Below, piece after piece: positions 31,325-36,222 of a DNA stretch of 36,222 nt. The notes beneath the pieces were generated by a model that was given only the letters and a program-made list of their open reading frames with translations, made no database searches and was not told where the DNA came from. Origin of the DNA: Acidimicrobiales bacterium (GTDB taxonomy: Bacteria > Actinomycetota > Acidimicrobiia > Acidimicrobiales > JAKAVM01); NCBI GenBank assembly GCA_027451785.1, contig DAIDIS010000038.1, positions 1 through 36,222 on the forward strand, given 5' to 3'. Within the stretch, counting starts at the first letter, position 1. Each line of letters starts with the position of its first letter. The position numbers were made by a program, and so were the translations under genes.

Positions 31325-32127
31325 GCTCCACCTTCGATCGCAAACTCGGGCTTCAGGTCCTCGGCGGCTGAAAAATCGGCAGCTGAAAAATCGGCGGCGG
31401 AGTCCACGACTCCGTCGAAAGGCTTTTCAAGGTACAAGACAAGACTTTTGCCGATGAGGGGATTTAGTGCCGAATCCAGGATCTTCGTAAGACGCGGAGA
31501 TTTCTCGATGTCCCAGACCAAGAAGCGGTGGTAGGCGTTTACCACCCACGAGTCTTCCCGCTCCAGCCCAACCAGACACTTCAACCACCAATAAGGGCTA
31601 TGGAGGGCGTGGGCAAAACCAACACCGACTACTCGGAGCCCTGAAGCCGACAACCTTCCAGCTAGCTGAGAAAGGCGGTAGATGCGGACATGGCCCCCTT
31701 CAACCGAGTGGTACCTTTCGGACAGGAGCCAATTGACCAACTCCGGCCCGAACCTGGGGACGGTCACTGCCATAGTCCCGCCCGGCTTGAGGACTCTTGA
31801 GAGCTCGCCGATAGCGAGAGCATCATCGTTGATGTGCTCCAATACCTCTGACGCGATAACCCTGTCGAAATGGGCGTCCGGAAATGGAAGCTCGGTAGCG
31901 CTCGCCTGCAGCGTCTCCCAACCCGAACCTCGGGGCAAGGTGTCATCTTCGGAAATCGCGGCCAAATAGACGGCCACGAGATCCAGTTCCGCCTGGTCGA
32001 GGTCCAAGGCCGTAACGTTTGCGCCACGCCTCAAGGCCTCGAAGGCGTGCCTCCCTGCCCCGCAACCGAGGTCAAGCAGCCTATCGCCAGGGCGAAGCCC
32101 AAGCCTGGCATAGTCGACGGTCAGCAA
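31318..32127 (-). CDS. class I SAM-dependent methyltransferase
   Basis: LLDLGCGAGRHAF is motif I (GxGxG). ASEVLEHI and LKPGG are also present. The C-terminus carries a duplicated AADFS pentapeptide. Confidence 0.85.
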   Translation of the reverse strand: MLTVDYARLGLRPGDRLLDLGCGAGRHAFEALRRGANVTALDLDQAELDLVAVYLAAISEDDTLPRGSGWETLQASATELPFPDAHFDRVIASEVLEHINDDALAIGELSRVLKPGGTMAVTVPRFGPELVNWLLSERYHSVEGGHVRIYRLSQLAGRLSASGLRVVGVGFAHALHSPYWWLKCLVGLEREDSWVVNAYHRFLVWDIEKSPRLTKILDSALNPLIGKSLVLYLEKPFDGVVDSAADFSAADFSAAEDLKPEFAIEGGAC

Positions 32128-32186
32128 GTTACCTTGCCTTTCGATCTGGATTGGGGTGTTGCCCGCAGAGTCAATCCATTCCCCAA

Positions 32187-33656
32187 CTAGCTGGCTTCGC
32201 CCGCCGAGATCGGCAACTCTTCACCGGCCAGGCTGATCGGGACGACCTTGGGGATTGCCCCCGGCATGGTTTGGGTTAGGTCGAATGTCTGGACGCGCTC
32301 TTCGTCTGCCTTGAAGTTCGGAAGCAACTGGTCCGCCAATAACCGCTCCGGCCCTTCGTGCACGAATCGACCTAGCCCGGAATGCCTTCCCGAATTGCGG
32401 TGATCAGCGAGGAAGCGAGAGTAATGTTCTGCGGTCATCTCTGCGGTGGCCCGCCAAGTGAAGTGCTCCAGCGCGCGGGCCCTACCCGCCCTGGCCAATG
32501 AGTCACGAAGGGAAGGGTCGCCCAGTAGCTTGATGAGGGCAGCGCTCATCTCTGAAGGATCTCCTGGCGGCACCAACCATCCGGTGATTCCCGACCTTCC
32601 CACCACTTCAGGCAATGCCCCGCCGGTCGTGGCCAGCAGTGGTACTCCGCACGCCATAGCCTCTACGGCCGGTAGTGAAAATCCCTCGTACAACGAAGGA
32701 ACCACGGCCAGTTCCGCTTCGGCGTAGAGCTCGACCAGACGCTCGTCGGATACTCCCGAAACGAAGGTAACCGCATCCTCTATACCCAGCCGTGCCAATG
32801 TTGCGGGAATCTGCGACTCCCTTCGCAAGGAGCCGATCACAACAAGCTCCACATGCCTTTCCGTCCGGGCTTTGGCGACGGACTCCAGAAGCGGCACCAA
32901 GCCTTTCAAAGGGACATCGGCGCTCGCCGTCGTCATTATTCTGCCCGGGACTCTGGCAATATTGGGCAAAGGCCGGAAAATTCTGTCGTCGACCCCTACG
33001 GGGACCACGCTCAAACGATCCCTTGAAACACCCATCTGGCCGACAATGTCATCAAGGGACGAGTTGGAAACCGTGATTATTGAGGGCATTTTGCGTGCAA
33101 CCCTCTTTTGCATGCGCAAGAATCCGTACCAACGCCGCAGGGTCATTCTGCGCTTGAAGTCCTCCGCGTGACTAAGCTCCAGATCTCGGTCAACCGTTAT
33201 CGGGTGGTGAAGCGTGGCCACAACCGGCCATCCGTCCTTCACTAGTCCGTAAATCCCCGATCCAAAGCACTGGTTGTCGTGGATTATGTCGAATTCGCCC
33301 AACCGGCCGCTCAACAACGAGCGGATTCTCAGGCTATACGTGAGTGGCTCGGGAAACCCTGCCGCACACATGATTGCGAACTCCGCCACATCCACCGCTG
33401 ACCTGAACTCGTGGACCTTAGGTACCCGGAACGGATCGGGTTCGCGATAGAGGTCGAGACTGGGAACTTTAGTTAGCTTTACGCCATCTTCGAGGTCCGG
33501 GTATGGTGGCCCCGAGAAAACCTCCACTTGGTGGCCCAAATCCCGTAATTCCCGGGTCAGGTATCTCGTATATACGCCTTGGCCACCAGAACGCGGATTC
33601 CCTCGATAGCAGAGGAAGGCGATACGAAGGCTTTTGGGTACACCGGCTCTGCCCAT
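32187..33656 (-). CDS. glycosyltransferase family 4 (GT-B, retaining)
   Basis: RIAFLCYRGNPRSGGQGVYTRYLTRELRDLGHQVEV forms the N-terminal domain. PSLYEGFSLPAVEAMACGVPLLATTGGALPEVV is the E-x7-E region. A C-terminal extension of about 100 aa follows. Confidence 0.85.
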   Translation of the reverse strand: MGRAGVPKSLRIAFLCYRGNPRSGGQGVYTRYLTRELRDLGHQVEVFSGPPYPDLEDGVKLTKVPSLDLYREPDPFRVPKVHEFRSAVDVAEFAIMCAAGFPEPLTYSLRIRSLLSGRLGEFDIIHDNQCFGSGIYGLVKDGWPVVATLHHPITVDRDLELSHAEDFKRRMTLRRWYGFLRMQKRVARKMPSIITVSNSSLDDIVGQMGVSRDRLSVVPVGVDDRIFRPLPNIARVPGRIMTTASADVPLKGLVPLLESVAKARTERHVELVVIGSLRRESQIPATLARLGIEDAVTFVSGVSDERLVELYAEAELAVVPSLYEGFSLPAVEAMACGVPLLATTGGALPEVVGRSGITGWLVPPGDPSEMSAALIKLLGDPSLRDSLARAGRARALEHFTWRATAEMTAEHYSRFLADHRNSGRHSGLGRFVHEGPERLLADQLLPNFKADEERVQTFDLTQTMPGAIPKVVPISLAGEELPISAGEAS

Positions 33657-33715
33657 AACCTGTTAAGACTCTCTCGAAACGCGCTCCAATTGCAAAAAGA
33701 GCAGCTACGGGACCA

Positions 33716-35041
33716 TCAAATCCAACTTGAAACCGCCTTGAGCACAGGAAGGATGCTCTGACCGACCAGTAGTAATGACATCGCTCCAACGGCAATGACG
33801 GTGGCCCAAGCCACCTTCCTGAACACCCTGCCATTGGCGGCATTCCCGAGTACTGACCGACGATTTGCAAGTATCAAGATGAACGCGAGAATCACAGGCG
33901 TAATCAATCCCTGAAACACCTGAGTCAATATCAGTAGCTTGATCAGGTTTACAGGCGAAAGGGCTACCGCCGCTCCAACGATGACCTGCAAGGTGAATAG
34001 ACCAAGAAAGAGCGGCGCTTCGGAGAACTTCCTCGAAACCGACCGCTCCACTCCCACTGCCTCGGAGACTGCATACGAGGTGGATAGCGGCACCACCGCC
34101 GCTGCCAAGGCCGAAGCTCCGAGAAGCCCAATTGCGAAAAGGAGTTCCGCCCCCGATCCCGCCACAGGCTTCAACGCAAGCGCTGCCTCCTTCGCGCTTT
34201 GAAGCGGTCCCCTCCCCCCGATTGCCGAAGCTGTAGCGATAATGATGAAGCACGAGACAACATTGGCAAATAGCGCCCCAGCCACGGCGTCGACGCGCTC
34301 GAGATGGTACTCGTCTGGTCCGATTCCCCTGTCAACTACTCCACCAGCGGCATACATCTGCATGTATGGCGAGATTGTCGTTCCGATTAGGCCCACACCC
34401 AAAAAGACAAAGGCGTTGGACCCCACGAAGTGCGGCAAAATCGAGTCATTCACCACGCTCGACCATTTCGGGTGGCTCAATACCGCTGCGATCGGGTAAC
34501 TCAAAAACGCAAGTGAAGCGACTAGGAAGACCCGCTCTGCATACTTGTAGCTGGAAAAGACAACCAAGGCCCAGATGATGAGGGCCGCAAGGGGTATCGA
34601 GAGATACTTCGACACTCCAAAAAGCTCGAACGCCGCTCCGATCCCCGCAAACTCGGAGACGACAAGGCCTATGTTGGTTGCAACCAAGCACAGCATCGCC
34701 AACGCGGCGAGCCTTATCGAGAACTGCTCTCTTATGAGCGCAGCCAGCCCCTTTCCGGAATATGCGCCCAGTCTGGCGGCCATCTCCTGGACTACGACCA
34801 GCCCAACAGTGACGAGGACCATGAAGAAAAGCGTCCTGTACCTGAACTCTGAACCGGCAGAAGCGTAGGTAACAATACCGCCGGCATCATTGCCCGCATT
34901 CGCCGCAATCAACCCGGGGCCGGCCAGCGCCAGATAGGCAAAGAATCGCTTTGATAGCCTGAACCGCTTCTGAGGCCTTCCTTTCGCTGGAGCCGTGGAT
35001 CGTTCAGTCACGCCAGGGACCTTAGCCGCCGCCGGATTCAC
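33716..35041 (-). CDS. NRAMP (SLC11) family transporter with a non-canonical metal site (NRMT-like)
   Basis: Eleven to twelve TM helices. TM1 reads GPGLIAANAGNDAGGIVTY (DAGG in place of DPGN). TM6 reads GLIGTTISPYMQ (T..SPY in place of A..MPH). Confidence 0.85.
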   Translation of the reverse strand: MNPAAAKVPGVTERSTAPAKGRPQKRFRLSKRFFAYLALAGPGLIAANAGNDAGGIVTYASAGSEFRYRTLFFMVLVTVGLVVVQEMAARLGAYSGKGLAALIREQFSIRLAALAMLCLVATNIGLVVSEFAGIGAAFELFGVSKYLSIPLAALIIWALVVFSSYKYAERVFLVASLAFLSYPIAAVLSHPKWSSVVNDSILPHFVGSNAFVFLGVGLIGTTISPYMQMYAAGGVVDRGIGPDEYHLERVDAVAGALFANVVSCFIIIATASAIGGRGPLQSAKEAALALKPVAGSGAELLFAIGLLGASALAAAVVPLSTSYAVSEAVGVERSVSRKFSEAPLFLGLFTLQVIVGAAVALSPVNLIKLLILTQVFQGLITPVILAFILILANRRSVLGNAANGRVFRKVAWATVIAVGAMSLLLVGQSILPVLKAVSSWI

Positions 35042-35054
35042 AGACGTAGACCGC

Positions 35055-36222
35055 CTACTTGAGAAGCCTCGGGAAGTGGAACTTTCCTCGCTCCGGAATC
35101 AGTGCATCGACAATATCGTCAGCCAATATCCGGCCCACCGGCTTGTCGTCGGCGTTCACCACTACGATCGAAGACCTTCTGGACTCGATCAGCTGCTGGG
35201 CAACTTCGTCGAGCTGAGCATCCGCACGTACGACAATTGCTCCATCCTCCAGGGTGAAGTCTCCCAAAACAGCCATCTCCGGCGAAACGACGAGATCGAA
35301 TAGGGGAACGTCGCCGACGAACTTGCCATCAGTGCCTACGACTGTCACGGCATCGATGTCGCTTTTGTGGTCCGAAAGTCCGGATAGTGTTCGCTTGACT
35401 TCGCCTACTGTGGCTTCCGCAGGGAAAGTGACGAGAAGTGAGTTCATGAACCCACCGGCCGAGTCCTGGGGGTACTCCAGAAGCTCGCTGAGCTGCTCGA
35501 CCGTCTCTTCGTTCATGTGAGTGTAGATTTCCTCCCTCTCTATGTCTCCAAGATCACGAAGGGCATCCACTGCTTCGTCCGGCTCCATGTTGGCTAAGAG
35601 GTTCGCGGCCTGTTCCGGTTCGGCTTCCCGCAACAACGCGCCCAGCTCTTCTGGGTCCATCTCCTCAAGGGCGTCTGCGGCGGCTTCGGCCTCCAGGCTT
35701 GCAAGGAGCTCTTGTCGGGCCGGCCGGCCGAGATCCTCCAAGAGATCAGCCAGCTCGCCCGGCCTCAGTCTCTTCAACCCTTCGTGAGTCGTCCTCAGGC
35801 GTACGCCAGACGAGTCCAGCTCGTCACCGAAAGGCTGGATCCAAGCCCAGTCGACGACCTGCTCGGGTGTCACCTTTTTGCGAAGCCGAGCCGGAAGCAG
35901 CCTGCGCAAAATTGTGTTCAGGCTTACATCCGCCCCAACCAGACGGACTCGACCAAGGAGAGTTGCAAGGTATAGGTCGGCGGCCCTAATCACCTGGACA
36001 CCGTCGACGTCGACGAGCTGGTGATCGAGGACGTCTTTTGCAAGCCTCACCTCGCCGTGACGCCTCTTGAAGTCCCTCAAGTCCAACCGAGCAGAGCTCA
36101 AAATGACGACGTGCTGATTGATCGACTCCACATTGGCCACGTCAATGAATACAAGCCGCGACCCGACTTTTACGATCAGACCTGTAACGGGCGGGTAAAG
36201 CGAGTCGTCGGACCACCTTGCT
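35055..36222 (-). CDS. soluble MgtE_N + CBS-pair protein with N-terminal PRC-barrel-like region (5' end outside the window)
   Basis: LRPGELADLLEDL...ALEEMDPEELGALL...LANMEPDEAVDALRDL...LLEYPQDSAGGFM is the MgtE N-domain. Two CBS motifs follow, then a stop with no TM domain. The frame is open past the GTG at 36140 to the window edge (…PPVTGLIVKVGSRLVFIDVANVE). Confidence 0.85.
   Translation of the reverse strand, partial: ARWSDDSLYPPVTGLIVKVGSRLVFIDVANVESINQHVVILSSARLDLRDFKRRHGEVRLAKDVLDHQLVDVDGVQVIRAADLYLATLLGRVRLVGADVSLNTILRRLLPARLRKKVTPEQVVDWAWIQPFGDELDSSGVRLRTTHEGLKRLRPGELADLLEDLGRPARQELLASLEAEAAADALEEMDPEELGALLREAEPEQAANLLANMEPDEAVDALRDLGDIEREEIYTHMNEETVEQLSELLEYPQDSAGGFMNSLLVTFPAEATVGEVKRTLSGLSDHKSDIDAVTVVGTDGKFVGDVPLFDLVVSPEMAVLGDFTLEDGAIVVRADAQLDEVAQQLIESRRSSIVVVNADDKPVGRILADDIVDALIPERGKFHFPRLLK

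Noticed and set aside
1-36222. CRISPR arrays, insertion sequences, integrases, prophage or toxin-antitoxin/defence genes
   Set aside because: No repeat-spacer periodicity was found. The only tandem repeats have two to three copies. No ORF shows transposase, recombinase, nuclease-NTPase or other defence-type motifs. Every sizeable ORF has a metabolic, transport or housekeeping assignment.

Overview
This is a moderately GC-rich, densely coding chromosomal segment of actinobacterial type. Markers for that assignment include a PIG-L/mycothiol-type deacetylase, WS/DGAT, nitrobindin and xseAB. I call about 38 CDS and one tRNA-Gly(GCC). I see no rRNA, CRISPR array, transposase, integrase or phage genes. 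Most of the window is housekeeping: orn, dut, pepN, hisI, xseAB, an adenosine-kinase-like PfkB kinase, a 1-Cys peroxiredoxin, an aldo/keto reductase, and HAD and MBL hydrolases.

Three gene neighbourhoods stand out:
1. 10121-18016: a seven-gene, translationally coupled minus-strand operon (polyprenyl synthetase, HpnG-like phosphorylase, IspH, radical-SAM HpnH, SDR, YihY/BrkB, DMT permease). It carries the hopanoid side-chain enzymes but has no squalene-hopene cyclase or squalene synthase in the window. It diverges from a GT28 (MGDG-synthase-like) glycosyltransferase whose conserved N-terminus lies upstream of any canonical start codon.
2. 29596-33656: a GT4 glycosyltransferase, two SAM methyltransferases and a single alpha/alpha-barrel protein. 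The composition resembles the mycobacterial polymethylated-polysaccharide (MMP) locus.
3. 33716-36222: a stand-alone MgtE cytoplasmic sensor module (PRC, MgtE_N, CBS pair, no membrane domain) lies 13 nt upstream of an NRAMP-family transporter. The transporter's metal-site motifs are substituted in the way described for NRAMP-related Mg2+ transporters.

Smaller observations include two-copy tandem repeats, operator-like palindromes, a lipase with an unassigned C-terminal domain, and in-frame micro-duplications. All functional calls come from reading motifs in the supplied translations. No database search was run.
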